Made by a program: the position numbers and the translations under genes. A DNA stretch of 64,000 bases, taken from contig CAWAIF010000002.1 in assembly GCA_963782055.1 (NCBI GenBank), positions 492,581-556,580 of the forward strand. The letters run 5' to 3'. This document shows, one piece after another, positions 18,858 through 28,749 of this stretch (its first letter is position 1; each line of letters starts with the position of its first letter). Source of the DNA: an uncultured delta proteobacterium (GTDB lineage Bacteria > Myxococcota_A > Polyangia > Polyangiales > Polyangiaceae). The notes beneath the pieces were generated by a model. The model saw nothing but the letters and a program-made list of their open reading frames with translations. It ran no database searches and was not told the origin of the DNA.

Positions 18858-20228
18858 CTAGGCCATTTTCGAGAGCTCGTCGTACAGGTACGCCGCGCTC
18901 TTGATGCCCAGGTGGTAGTTCTCCAGGTCCAGCCACTCGTTGGGGGCGTGGGCGTTCTCGTCCGGCTGGCCGAAGCCCATGAGCAGGCAAGGTTTGCCGG
19001 TCACGTCGGCGATCGTCCGCACGAAGGGGATGGACCCGCCCTCGCGGATGAACACCGTCGGCTTGCCGAACGCCTTCGAGAAGGCGCGCTTGGCGACCTC
19101 GAAGACGGGGTGGTTGGTGGGCGCGAGGTACGGCTCGCCGCCGTGGAGGTTGACCACGCGGACGCGCACGCCGCGCGGGGCGAGCTTCTGGATGTGCGCC
19201 CCGACCTTCTTCGCGATGTCGGCCGAGCTCTGGTTGGGCACCAGCCGGCAGGAGAGCTTCGCCATCGCGCGGGCGGGGATGATGGTCTTGGCGCCCTCGC
19301 CCTCGTGACCGCCGCTGATGCCGTTGACGTCCAGCGTGGGGCGCGCCCACACGCGCTCCAGGGTGGAGTAGCCCTTCTCGCCGACCAGCTCCGGGCAGCC
19401 GGTGGAGGCGAGCCACTCCTTCTCGTCGAAGGGCAGGTCGGCGATCTCCTTGCGCTCGCTCGCGGTGAGCTCCAGCACGTCGTCGTAGAAGCCGGGCACC
19501 GTGACGCGGCCGTCCTCGTCGTGCAGCCGCGCGAGGATGGACGCGAGGGCGTTGACCGGGTTGGCCACGCCGCCGCCGAAGGACCCGGAGTGTAGATCCT
19601 GCTTCGGCCCCTCCACGTGGACCTCCAGGTACATCAGCCCGCGCAGGCCGACGCAGAGGGAAGGGATGCCGCGCCCGAACATGGCGGTGTCGCTGACGCA
19701 GACGTAGTCCGCCTCCAGGTCCGCCTTCTTCTGGCGCATCAGCTCGTCCAGGTTCCTGCTGCCGATCTCCTCCTCGCCCTCGACGATGAGCTTGAGGTTG
19801 ATCGGCAGCTTGCCCGCCGTCTTGATGAACGCCTCGATCGCCTTGACGTGGATGTGGACCTGCCCCTTGTCGTCCACCACGCCGCGGCCCCACATGCGGC
19901 CGTCACGGATGGCGGGCTCGAAGGGCGGCGAGATCCACTCGGCGAGCGGCTCCACAGGCTGCACGTCGTGGTGGCCGTAGACGAGGAGCGTCGGCTTGCC
20001 GGGCGCGTGCATGAAGGAGGCGAACACCGCGGGGTGCAGCTTGGTGGGCCAGACCTCCACGCGCTCGGCGCCGAGCGTCCTCAGCCGCGCGGCGAGCCAC
20101 TCGGCGTTCTTCACCAGGTCGGGGTTGTGGCGGGCGTCGCTGGAGATGGAGGGGATGCGCACCCACTCCTGTAGCTCCTTCACGAAGTGGCTTCGGTTCT
20201 CTTCGATGTAGTCGAGGACGCGTTGCAT
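18858..20228 (-). CDS. M20 family dipeptidase
   Basis: YGHHDVQP, GRGVVDDKG, EGEEEIGS, AHAPNE. Confidence 0.95.
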   Translation of the reverse strand: MQRVLDYIEENRSHFVKELQEWVRIPSISSDARHNPDLVKNAEWLAARLRTLGAERVEVWPTKLHPAVFASFMHAPGKPTLLVYGHHDVQPVEPLAEWISPPFEPAIRDGRMWGRGVVDDKGQVHIHVKAIEAFIKTAGKLPINLKLIVEGEEEIGSRNLDELMRQKKADLEADYVCVSDTAMFGRGIPSLCVGLRGLMYLEVHVEGPKQDLHSGSFGGGVANPVNALASILARLHDEDGRVTVPGFYDDVLELTASERKEIADLPFDEKEWLASTGCPELVGEKGYSTLERVWARPTLDVNGISGGHEGEGAKTIIPARAMAKLSCRLVPNQSSADIAKKVGAHIQKLAPRGVRVRVVNLHGGEPYLAPTNHPVFEVAKRAFSKAFGKPTVFIREGGSIPFVRTIADVTGKPCLLMGFGQPDENAHAPNEWLDLENYHLGIKSAAYLYDELSKMA

Positions 20229-20253
20229 CGCCGCGACAGTACACCGGCGCCGG

Positions 20254-20856
20254 TCACTTCGCGAGCGCCGCCAGCGCCTCGCGCAGCGCCTCGGCGAGGG
20301 GGAGATCCTCGATGCGCGCGCCCAGCGCCGCCACCGTGCGCTCCGCCTCCGCCGGGCGGTAGCCCATGCGCGTCAGCGCGCCGAGGAGCAGCTCCGCGTT
20401 GCTCCCGGCGGGCACGGCGGGCGCGCCCTTCTGCGGCAGCGGCGCCCCCGGCGCCGCCCGCAGCTTGCCCTCCAGCTCCAGCACCAGTCGCTCCGCCGTC
20501 TTCTTTCCGATGCCGGGGATCTGCGTCAGCTTGCCCAGATCCTTGCGAGTGACGGCCTGCGCCAGGTCGCCGGCCGGCAGCGCGCTCAGCACGGCGACCG
20601 CGGTGCGCGGGCCCACGCTGGCGATGGAGATCAGGATGCGGAAGGCGGCGCGGTCGGCGTCGGTGGCGAACCCGAAGAGGGCGAGGGCGTCCTCCCGCAC
20701 GTGCGTGTGGACGAAGAGGGTGACCGCGCCCGCCTCGGAGGGGACGCGGCCCAGCGTGCCGAGGGGCACGGTCACCTCGTAGCCCACCCCCTGCACCTCG
20801 AGCACGACGACGTCGCCCTCGTCGGCGACGACGCGTCCGGTCAAGCGGCCAATCAT
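20254..20856 (-). CDS. ruvA: Holliday junction branch migration protein RuvA
   Basis: MIGRLTG, GVGYEV, HVREDALALFGF, IPGIGKKTAERLVLEL. Confidence 0.96.
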   Translation of the reverse strand: MIGRLTGRVVADEGDVVVLEVQGVGYEVTVPLGTLGRVPSEAGAVTLFVHTHVREDALALFGFATDADRAAFRILISIASVGPRTAVAVLSALPAGDLAQAVTRKDLGKLTQIPGIGKKTAERLVLELEGKLRAAPGAPLPQKGAPAVPAGSNAELLLGALTRMGYRPAEAERTVAALGARIEDLPLAEALREALAALAK

Positions 20857-20906
20857 CGGCCGCCGAAGCTACTCCATCGGGGCCGAAAACTCAGCGCCCA
20901 CGTCGG

Positions 20907-22253
20907 TCAGCGCTTGCGGCGCCGGCGGGCGACGCCGATGCCGGCGAAGCCCACGGCGCCGAAGAGCGCGATGCCGAAGCCGACGCCGCCGGCCCTGTCC
21001 GGCGTCGAGACCGCGCAGCCGCCGGTGAACCCGCCGGCGGAGGCGCTGTCGCCGGTGCCGGGGGGGCAAGGCGGGTACGAGGGGCACGGCGGCACGTTCA
21101 CCGCCGTGTGCGCCTGGTGGAAGCCGGACAGCACGCTCTGATCGGCCGACGCCTGCAGGGTGAGGTCCTGATCCAGCGCGGCGTGCGCCAGGTCGGAGCG
21201 GATGCGCGTGACGCGTGGCTGCGCGATGCCCGCGAAGAGGGTGGTCAGGTCGTCGTCGCGCACCTGGTCCGGCGTCTCCGGGTTGGGGCCGTCGATGGGC
21301 GCGTAGTCGCTTCCGGCGTCGTAGTCGGAGCTGTAGTAAGTCCCGCCGTAACGGACGATCTGCTCGAACTGCGCCTGGTCGAGGTTGAGCGAGCTCTCCA
21401 CCTCCCAGCCCTTGTTGCCGAGCTGCTGCTCCTTCTGCTGGCGCAGGAGGGTGTAGTTGCTGGAGTTGGTGGTGTAGTCCCACACCAGCTCGTCGTCGGT
21501 GATGCGGAAGAAGGGGAAGTTCTGCGGCTCGTAGCGGCCGTCGCCCACCACCCACAGGGTGATGCCCACAGTGGCGCCGGTGCCCGCGGCGACCATGCGC
21601 AGCGGAAGCGTGGGCGAGGCGCCGGGGAGGGTCACGCGCACCGGGCGCATGGCGTCGATCCCGGCGCCGGGGACGAGCTTCATCGCCAGGAAGTCGAAGC
21701 CCTCGTTGACGTACTCGGCGATGACCGGCTCGATGTCGGAGGGGATGCTGAAGCTGTTCTGCTGGAGCCAGGTGTCGAGGGCCGTCGGGTCGGTCGCCTT
21801 GAGCTGCACCGTCTCGTACGGGCCGACGACCTCCTGCTTGGTGACCGTGACGCCGTCGCTGGGCGGGGCGGTCCCGGCGTCCACAGCGCCGAAGGCGCCG
21901 CTCTGCCCGTCGCAGAAGGGGGCGCTCGGGCAGAAGCGCGGCGGCGCCTGCACCTGCGTGCGGGTGAGGCTGTCGAGCGTGCCGAAGACCACGTCCGCCG
22001 AGAGGCCGACGGTGGCGGTGCCGTGGATGGGAAGCACCCACGCGAAGGAGTCCGGCGCGCCGGAGTAGCGGATCTGATCGTAGAGGGTGGTCTGCGTCTG
22101 CGAGATGCTGAGAATCATCCGGTGGTCGGTGACCACCGACGGATTCTCCGGCGGGGTGAAGCAGCCGCCGCACGCCGCCGCGTCGTGCGCGCGAAGAGCG
22201 ACAAGGCCAAGAGCGCCGAGCCCGATCAGACCGAAGCGAAGAGAACGACCCAT
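20907..22253 (-). CDS. DUF2330 domain protein with C-terminal myxobacterial-type sorting/TM tail
   Basis: ACGGCF, HRMILSIS, FAWVLPI, VGPYETV, LPLRMVAAG; C-terminal GGCAV plus TM plus RRRRKR. Confidence 0.85.
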   Translation of the reverse strand: MGRSLRFGLIGLGALGLVALRAHDAAACGGCFTPPENPSVVTDHRMILSISQTQTTLYDQIRYSGAPDSFAWVLPIHGTATVGLSADVVFGTLDSLTRTQVQAPPRFCPSAPFCDGQSGAFGAVDAGTAPPSDGVTVTKQEVVGPYETVQLKATDPTALDTWLQQNSFSIPSDIEPVIAEYVNEGFDFLAMKLVPGAGIDAMRPVRVTLPGASPTLPLRMVAAGTGATVGITLWVVGDGRYEPQNFPFFRITDDELVWDYTTNSSNYTLLRQQKEQQLGNKGWEVESSLNLDQAQFEQIVRYGGTYYSSDYDAGSDYAPIDGPNPETPDQVRDDDLTTLFAGIAQPRVTRIRSDLAHAALDQDLTLQASADQSVLSGFHQAHTAVNVPPCPSYPPCPPGTGDSASAGGFTGGCAVSTPDRAGGVGFGIALFGAVGFAGIGVARRRRKR

Positions 22254-22277
22254 GTTTGCCTCCACCCTGCCCGTGTT

Positions 22278-22293
22278 TGCACAGCGTGTGCCA
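22278..22293 (-). promoter_or_regulatory. Putative sigma54 promoter of the DUF2330 gene
   Basis: Minus strand TGGCACACGCTGTGCA fits GG-N10-GC, followed by a GGAGG RBS and ATG 22253. Confidence 0.6.
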
Positions 22294-22460
22294 CGAGGTA
22301 ACTGCGCGAAATGGCACGATGTGCTGCCAGCCAGGCCCTGACGTCTGCGGCCCCGACGGCGCAGGTCGGCACAGGCTCGGGCGGGCTCCCCTCGATTTAT
22401 TTGCGGTCTCGTGGGGGCAGTGGGTAAAACCGCTGACCCGACCACTTCGAGGGAGAATCC

Positions 22461-22811
22461 ATGCGCATGCACGCCAAGCTTCTGCTGCTCCTCGCTCCCG
22501 CCGCCGCGGTCGCCGGTCTCGCCCTCGCGTGTGGTGGTGACAGCCCGCCGCCGGAGGCGCCCCCGATGCCGCCGCCGGAGCCGTCCGCCGCCGCGCCGGT
22601 GGACATGAGCATGTTCAACGAGGCGCCTTCCGCCTCCGCCACGGCCCCCGCGCCCTCGGCAGCCCCCAGCGCCGCGCCCTCCGCCGCCCCCGCCGCCGAC
22701 GCCGGCGCCAAGGCCCCGTCCGCCGACGCGGGGAAGAAGCCCGCCAAGCCGGAGACCAAGGCCGGCGGCAAGGGCAAGCCGACCCCCAAGCCGAAGGCCA
22801 GGCACAAGTGA
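22461..22811 (+). CDS. Pro/Ala/Lys-rich low-complexity lipoprotein
   Basis: Lipobox ALAC; GGAGA RBS-like sequence upstream. Confidence 0.75.
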   Translation: MRMHAKLLLLLAPAAAVAGLALACGGDSPPPEAPPMPPPEPSAAAPVDMSMFNEAPSASATAPAPSAAPSAAPSAAPAADAGAKAPSADAGKKPAKPETKAGGKGKPTPKPKARHK

Positions 22812-22854
22812 TCCACCTCCCCGCGCGGCTCGGCGTGGCGCCGGGCCGGCGGGA

Positions 22855-24282
22855 TCAGGTGACCTGACCTCCGCGCCGCCCGCGCCAAGCCGGCGCGCGG
22901 AACGCGCCCGCCGCCAGCATGCAGAGGATGGGGATCACCACCACGTGGTAGCGGTCCTCGCCGAAGAAGATGGCGTGCGTCACGACCGTCGTGGCGATGA
23001 GCCCGAGGCCCAGCGTGAGCGCCGGCGGTCTGGGTGGCGCACCGGGCAGCGGCAGCCACGGCACCACGCAGATCAGGAGCACCAGCGGCCAGAAGGCGGG
23101 CGAGCTCTCGCTCGCGCCCCACGCCGCGAGCGCCGCTGTCACGGCGAGCAGCGCGCCCTGCACCGCGCCCCCGCGCCCGCGGGTGGCGAACCCGATGACG
23201 CCCAGCGCCGCGATGCACACCAGCAGGCGGTGGACCATCGTCGTCAGATCGCGCCACGCCACGCGCCGCTGCTCTGGCCACATCGAAGGCCGCGCCTCGT
23301 GCAGGTACTCCACCTCGAAGGACTCGTGGTCGAAGGTGTACGAGAGCTTCTTCGGCACCAGCGCGAGCCAGTGCCACGGGTGCCGCCGGATCTGGTCGAC
23401 GGCGTAGGCGCGCCAGCAGCGATCCTGGTGGACCTGACCGATGACGTCGCGGCACCCGTCGCTCGCGCGCAGCGTCTCGAAGCGGCCGGTCGCCCGCGGG
23501 AAGGCGCCGATGGCGAGGTTCCAGCCGGCGTTGGTGCTCACCAGCGCGCAGCCGTCCATCACCTCGCAGTTGCGCGCCGTCCACGGCAGCATCGGCGCGA
23601 GGGTCAGCGCGCACGCGAGCGCCGCCGCCGCCGGGCGCCCGAGGCGTCCCAGGCGCCGCAGCCGCTCCGGGAGCGGGAGCAGCCCGAAGAAGGGGGCGAC
23701 GAGCAGGGTCTGCGGGCGCACCAGGCACGTCAGGCCGAGCACCAGCGCGCCGAGGACGAACGCGGGCATCGTTCGCCTGCGCACGGCGAGCCAGAAGGCG
23801 ACGAGGGTCGTCAGCGCCGCGAGCGGCTCGGTCATCACCAGGCCGGCGTACAGGACGAGCCCCGGGTGGAGCGCCACCAGCGCCCCCGCCACGCGCGCCC
23901 GCGTCGCCGACATGGCGTGCCGCGCGAGCAGCCACGCGAAGACCGCGCAGAGCGCGCCCACCACCGCGTCGACGACCCCCGCGACGCGCAGGTCGGGCCC
24001 GAAGATCCGGTAGAAGAAGGAGAGGAAGCCGCTGTAGCCGACGGGGTAGTGGCACCACGGGTGCCACAGCAGATGATCGGCGACGAAGCGGTCGTCGGAG
24101 TAGCCGAGGCCGGCGGCGATGCGCCGCGCGCCGAAGTCGTAGTAGTGCCCGTCCCACACGGGCTCCGCGGCCCAGCGCAGCGCGACGAAGAGTCGCGGGG
24201 CGAGCGCCGCGAAGAAGAGCGCGAAGCCGAACGCGACGTCGTCGCGCTGCGCCGCGCGGCCGAGAGCCGTGGTCCGCGGCAT
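22855..24282 (-). CDS. GT-C (PMT/ArnT-like) membrane glycosyltransferase
   Basis: Multiple TM helices; WDGHYY, YPVGYS, MTEPL, VRPQ, PWTARN, RYH motifs. Confidence 0.85.
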   Translation of the reverse strand: MPRTTALGRAAQRDDVAFGFALFFAALAPRLFVALRWAAEPVWDGHYYDFGARRIAAGLGYSDDRFVADHLLWHPWCHYPVGYSGFLSFFYRIFGPDLRVAGVVDAVVGALCAVFAWLLARHAMSATRARVAGALVALHPGLVLYAGLVMTEPLAALTTLVAFWLAVRRRTMPAFVLGALVLGLTCLVRPQTLLVAPFFGLLPLPERLRRLGRLGRPAAAALACALTLAPMLPWTARNCEVMDGCALVSTNAGWNLAIGAFPRATGRFETLRASDGCRDVIGQVHQDRCWRAYAVDQIRRHPWHWLALVPKKLSYTFDHESFEVEYLHEARPSMWPEQRRVAWRDLTTMVHRLLVCIAALGVIGFATRGRGGAVQGALLAVTAALAAWGASESSPAFWPLVLLICVVPWLPLPGAPPRPPALTLGLGLIATTVVTHAIFFGEDRYHVVVIPILCMLAAGAFRAPAWRGRRGGQVT

Positions 24283-24288
24283 CGCCCG

Positions 24289-25902
24289 TCAGGCGCCGCC
24301 CCGGCCGGACGCCCGGCGGTCGTCGTCCCCCTGCAGCTCGCGCATGCGCCGGACGTACGTCCGCTGCACCTGCGCGGGGTCCAGCCGCAGGTACTTGGCC
24401 AGCTCGGCGAGGAAGCCCCGCACGTAGACCAGCGCGGGGAGGTCGGCCCACTGCTCCTCCTCCAGCGCCGCCAGGTGCTGCCGGGCGATCTTGGTGCGGC
24501 CGCTGATGTCGCCCAGGTCCACCCCCTGCGACTCGCGCACCTTGCGCAGCAGCGCGCCGGAGAACTCGGTGTCCGGGCCGATCTCCCGCGCCAGCTCCGC
24601 CTGGAGCATGAGCTGCTCGGCCGCGACGGCGCGCTTGCGGGGCGCGGGCGCCGCCGCCGGCAGCGGGTCGTTGAAGGTGGAGAGGTCGTAGGCGCGCCGC
24701 CGCACCGGGTCGAGCAGCGTGTCGTACGCCTCGTCCAGCCGGCCCTGCTCCGCGCGCAGGCGCGCCTCGTCGAAGAGCGACGAGGCGGCGATGCTGCCGG
24801 AGGCGTACACCTCCCGCTGGCGCTTGTAGCCGCGGCGGATCTCCTCGTCGCTGGAGGAGCGCGTCACCCCGAGCACGTCGTAGAGCGTGGGCGGGCCGGG
24901 CGGCCCGAGCACCGGCGGGGCCGCCGCGCTCTCCGGCGTGGTGACGAGCGCGATGACGCGCCGGCCGATGCGCTCCAGGTTGCGGGCGGCCTTGCTGGTG
25001 GGGCTGTCCACGAGCAGCGCGCGGTTGCGGCGCACCGAGAGCCACACCGTGTCGTCCTGCTCGATGTGGCCGAGCTCCTCCAGCGCGATGCCGTAGTGGC
25101 GCGCGGAGAGGCCGCTCATCGCCGAGCCGACCTCCAGATCGGTGCGCACCCGCGTCTGGTTGACGACCAGCAGCATGCGCGTGCGCCGCGCCTCCGACCA
25201 GGCGAGGTCGGCGAGCGACTTGTCCATCTTCGCCAGCGTACGCACCAGCTCCAGCGGCGCGGGGAGCGAGCCGATCTGCGCCAGCGCGCGCTCGCAGAGG
25301 GCGAGGCGGAACTTGTCGCGCAGGAGGGCTCGCCGCAGGCGGCGGCGGAAGACCGCGCGCAAGAAGCGGTAGGTCGTCTCGACGGCGGGCGGCTCCGGGA
25401 CCGTGACCACGATGGGCACGTCGGCGGCGAGCACCACGTCCACCGCGAAGGGGCCGTGACCGGGGCCGACGTCGATGACCAGATACTCCGCGGGGATGCC
25501 GCGCACGTTGGAGAGCCAGCGCGCCTTGCGGCCGGGGCGCAGCAGCCCCCCGCCATCCAGGGCGTCGTGCGCCGCGGGCAGGAGGGAGAGGCCGGGCACG
25601 CTGGTGGCGACCAGCGCCTTCTGCATCTCCCCGCTCGCGCCGCGCTCCAGCGCCGGCTCCTTGGTGCCCGCGGGCAGGCCGAAGTGCGCGTGCAGGTTGG
25701 CGCCCGTCGGGTCGGCGTCGACCAGCACCACCGACTTGCCGAGCTGCGCGAAGTAGATGGCGAGGTTGACCGCGATGAGGCTCTTGCCCACGCCGCCCCG
25801 ACCGCCGCCCACCGCGATGATGCGCCGCGCCCCGCGCGCGCCGTGCGGCGGGCTCGCCCCATGGGCCTCATGGCCCGGGAATTCTGCGGGATCCGGCGAC
25901 AC
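24289..25902 (-). CDS. MinD/FlhG-like P-loop ATPase fused to a J-like domain and a RodZ-like HTH
   Basis: GGGRGGVGKS, LVDADP, IDVGPG; TLYDVLGV...AYDTLLDP.RRRAYD; GALLRKVRESQG...YVRGFL. Confidence 0.85.
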   Translation of the reverse strand: MSPDPAEFPGHEAHGASPPHGARGARRIIAVGGGRGGVGKSLIAVNLAIYFAQLGKSVVLVDADPTGANLHAHFGLPAGTKEPALERGASGEMQKALVATSVPGLSLLPAAHDALDGGGLLRPGRKARWLSNVRGIPAEYLVIDVGPGHGPFAVDVVLAADVPIVVTVPEPPAVETTYRFLRAVFRRRLRRALLRDKFRLALCERALAQIGSLPAPLELVRTLAKMDKSLADLAWSEARRTRMLLVVNQTRVRTDLEVGSAMSGLSARHYGIALEELGHIEQDDTVWLSVRRNRALLVDSPTSKAARNLERIGRRVIALVTTPESAAAPPVLGPPGPPTLYDVLGVTRSSSDEEIRRGYKRQREVYASGSIAASSLFDEARLRAEQGRLDEAYDTLLDPVRRRAYDLSTFNDPLPAAAPAPRKRAVAAEQLMLQAELAREIGPDTEFSGALLRKVRESQGVDLGDISGRTKIARQHLAALEEEQWADLPALVYVRGFLAELAKYLRLDPAQVQRTYVRRMRELQGDDDRRASGRGGA

Positions 25903-25974
25903 GGGGGCGGGAGCCTAGCACCGGCCCGCCTCGAAGCCGAGCCGGCGCTCGTCGACGGCCGGGCGAACGCCGGG

Positions 25975-26754
25975 CTAGGCGCCGGTCGTCAGGCGGGCCC
26001 GGCGCAGCAGCCCGAAGATGCGCGCCCCGAGCTCGGGCGCGCGGAAGGGCTTCACCACGTAGTCGTCCGCCCCGCAGGCGAAGGCGTCCACCATGTCGCG
26101 CGAGGAGGCGTTGGCGGTGAGAAACAGCAGGGGCAGCGACGCGCTGGAGGTGCGCTGCCGGATGGTGCGGCACAGCTCGATGCCGGACATGCCCGGGAGC
26201 GTCCAGTCCAGCACGACCATGTCGAACGACTCGACCTCGATGCGCGCGAGGGCCTCCTCGCCGTTGGCCACCGAGCAGACGGTGAAGCCGACCGTCTCGA
26301 GCATGGCGCTGACGACATCGCGCAGGTCGGGGTCGTCGTCGACCAGGAGCACACGCGCCCCGGGCGGCTCGCCGAACTTGCCGATGAAGCTGGCGGAGGG
26401 CAGCGAGGGGCGTCTTGGCGCGATGCGCGGCGACGCGTCGGTGGGGGGCGCCTCGTCGGCGGCCCACTCCGTCCGGCCGGAGGCGCTGTGCGGCCCATCG
26501 TCAGGGTGCCCCGCCAGGGTGCGCAGCTTGCCCCAGTCGCGCGGCTCGAAGCACAGGAGCACGTCGCCGTCGTGCAGCACGCCCCGCGCCGCGGCCGCGG
26601 TCACCTTGCCGGTGGACTCCACCTCGACGATGGCGAGGAGCCACTCGCCGTCGACGATCGACTCGCCCTGGGGAAGAGGCAGCTCGCGGTCGTCCGACGC
26701 GAGCGCGTCCTCGAGCGCGCTCTCTGTGGCGTAGCGGCACACGATGCTTCGCAC
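25975..26754 (-). CDS. Response regulator receiver protein with uncharacterised N-terminal domain
   Basis: VLLVDDD, VLDWTLPGMSG, FLTA, GADDYVVKPF. Confidence 0.88.
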   Translation of the reverse strand: MRSIVCRYATESALEDALASDDRELPLPQGESIVDGEWLLAIVEVESTGKVTAAAARGVLHDGDVLLCFEPRDWGKLRTLAGHPDDGPHSASGRTEWAADEAPPTDASPRIAPRRPSLPSASFIGKFGEPPGARVLLVDDDPDLRDVVSAMLETVGFTVCSVANGEEALARIEVESFDMVVLDWTLPGMSGIELCRTIRQRTSSASLPLLFLTANASSRDMVDAFACGADDYVVKPFRAPELGARIFGLLRRARLTTGA

Positions 26755-26820
26755 GGCGCGAGAACCGTAACGCGTCGGCTCCCCCCCTGCAAAGGCCCGT
26801 GCTATGGTCCCCGCGTCTCC

Positions 26821-27828
26821 ATGGCCGGAATCAAGGCAACGCTCGCGCTCTTCCTCGTTGGCGCCGCGACCACGGGCTCGATGTGCCAGAAGTCCTCGGG
26901 TAGCGCGGATGCCACCAAGGACCCTACCCCCGTCGTCGACGTCAACCTCGCGCAGGTGGACACCACCTCCCTCACCCCGCGCGAGAAACGCGACTGGAGC
27001 AGCTACGTGAGCGAGCTGCTCGCGCCCTGCGCCGACACGCCCGTCCCCATCGCGCAGTGCGTCCAGGAGAAGCGCAACTGCAACAAGTGCCTCCCCGCCG
27101 CGAAGCTCATCGAGAAGTCGGTGCGGGACGGCTACTCGCGCGAGCAGATCGAGAAGTCGTTCCACAACCGCTTCGACGCCGACAAGATCAAGAACGTCAC
27201 CATCGAGGGCTCGCCCTACCGCGGCCCGGCGAGCGCGCCCATCACGCTGGTGGAGTTCGCCGACTTCGAGTGCCCGCACTGCCAGATGATGGCCCCCATC
27301 CTGGACAAGCTCTGGAGCGAGCACCAAAACCAGATCCGCTTCGTCTACAAGTTCCTGCCGCTCAACGGGCACCTCCACGCCGAGCCGGCGGCGCGCGCCG
27401 CCTTCGCCGCCTTCCAGCAGGGCAAGTTCTGGGAGATGCACCACGCGCTCTTCGCGGCGCAGGGCAAGCTGGAGGCGACAGACCTGGACAACTACGCCCG
27501 GGAGATCGGCCTGGACATGGCGAAGTTCCACGCCGACATGCAGTCGAAGGCCGCCACCGACCGCATCGCCGCCGACCGCAAGCTCTCCGATGCGCTGGAG
27601 GTCCAGGGCACGCCCACCATCTACATCAACGGCCGCGAGTACGACGCCCGCTGCCAGTCGCTCGACGACTGGATCGATCTGGACCTCGAGCTCGCGGGCG
27701 TGCAGCAGACCAAGGGTCCGGTGGCGGCGCCGTCGGCGTCCGCCTCCGCGTCGGCCGCCCCGCACGCGTCGGCCGCCCCGCACGCGTCGGCCGCCCCGCA
27801 CGCGTCGGCCGCCCCCACCAAGAAGTGA
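26821..27828 (+). CDS. DsbA/thioredoxin-family protein
   Basis: EFADFECPHC, GTPTIYING; C-terminal (ASAAPH)n encoded by 18-bp tandem repeats at about 27748-27816. Confidence 0.92.
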   Translation: MAGIKATLALFLVGAATTGSMCQKSSGSADATKDPTPVVDVNLAQVDTTSLTPREKRDWSSYVSELLAPCADTPVPIAQCVQEKRNCNKCLPAAKLIEKSVRDGYSREQIEKSFHNRFDADKIKNVTIEGSPYRGPASAPITLVEFADFECPHCQMMAPILDKLWSEHQNQIRFVYKFLPLNGHLHAEPAARAAFAAFQQGKFWEMHHALFAAQGKLEATDLDNYAREIGLDMAKFHADMQSKAATDRIAADRKLSDALEVQGTPTIYINGREYDARCQSLDDWIDLDLELAGVQQTKGPVAAPSASASASAAPHASAAPHASAAPHASAAPTKK

Positions 27829-27832
27829 TGCG

Positions 27833-28579
27833 ATGAGGGCCGTCGCCGAGAGCTGCGGCTGCTTTCCCACCGGCCGCCACTACGCCGGCATCGCGCACCT
27901 GCTCCGCACCGTCGTGCGCGGCCTGGCGGAGGAGCTCTCCGCCGACGCCCCGTGGCAGGAGCTGGAGGTCGCCCTGCTGGACGTGGAGACCACCGGCCGC
28001 GACGCATCCATCGATCGCGTCGTGGAGGTCGGCATCGTCGTCGGCCTGCGCGGCGAGGTGGTCGCCCGCTACAACTGGCTCGTCAACCCGGGCGTGCCCA
28101 TCCCCCAGCAGGCGAAGGACATCCACGGCATCGGCGACGACGACGTCAAGGACGCCCCACGCTTCGAGCAGGTGGCCGGGGAGATCGCCGCCGCGCTGGC
28201 AGGCCGCCTCCCCGCCGCCTACAACGCCGCCTTCGACAAGACCTTCCTCCTCGGGGAGTTCGCCCGCGCCTCCCTCTCGCTGGAGGGCGCGCCGCCGCCC
28301 GCGCTGCGCCGCGACGTGGAGTGGGTGGACCCGCTGGTCTGGGCCCGCGAGATCCAGTCGTCCGAGCGCTCGCGCGCCCTGGGGGACGTGGCGGCGCGTC
28401 TGGGCATCGAGCTGGACCACGCCCACCGCGCCGAGGCCGACGCCGAGGCCGCCCTCCGCGTGCTCTACGCCCTCGCCGGCGATGGCCGGGTGCCCCGGCC
28501 GTACGGAGCGCTCGTTCAGGAGCAGAGACGCCTCGGCTTCCTCCAGGCGGACGAGCGCCGGCGCTGGCAAAAGGGCTGA
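27833..28579 (+). CDS. DEDDh (DnaQ-like) 3'-5' exonuclease
   Basis: LDVETTG, AYNAAFDKTFL, AHRAEADA. Confidence 0.92.
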   Translation: MRAVAESCGCFPTGRHYAGIAHLLRTVVRGLAEELSADAPWQELEVALLDVETTGRDASIDRVVEVGIVVGLRGEVVARYNWLVNPGVPIPQQAKDIHGIGDDDVKDAPRFEQVAGEIAAALAGRLPAAYNAAFDKTFLLGEFARASLSLEGAPPPALRRDVEWVDPLVWAREIQSSERSRALGDVAARLGIELDHAHRAEADAEAALRVLYALAGDGRVPRPYGALVQEQRRLGFLQADERRRWQKG

Positions 28580-28749
28580 AGGCGCCCTACAAGTGCTGTG
28601 ACGCGGCGCGTGTACCCTGGCCGCGCTTCGCGTATCATCCGGTCGCTCGTCGGGGGGCCCGCGTTCGCGCGGGAGGCCGCCCGGGACGAAGCAATCACGA
28701 CCCAAGGGCGGCGTGCGCGACAAGTCGAAGCCCGAAACTGGAGGACCAC

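Noticed and set aside
20254..20856. ruvA without adjacent ruvB or ruvC as a novelty
   Set aside because: ruv genes are split in many genomes, and the partners may lie outside the window.
22945..26820. 1627-aa ORF 22945-27828 as one giant protein
   Set aside because: The first 1290 or so codons are an antisense shadow of three minus-strand genes; only the DsbA part from 26821 is credible.
27748..27816. 18-bp tandem repeats
   Set aside because: They encode an ordinary low-complexity (ASAAPH)n tail of the DsbA-like protein.
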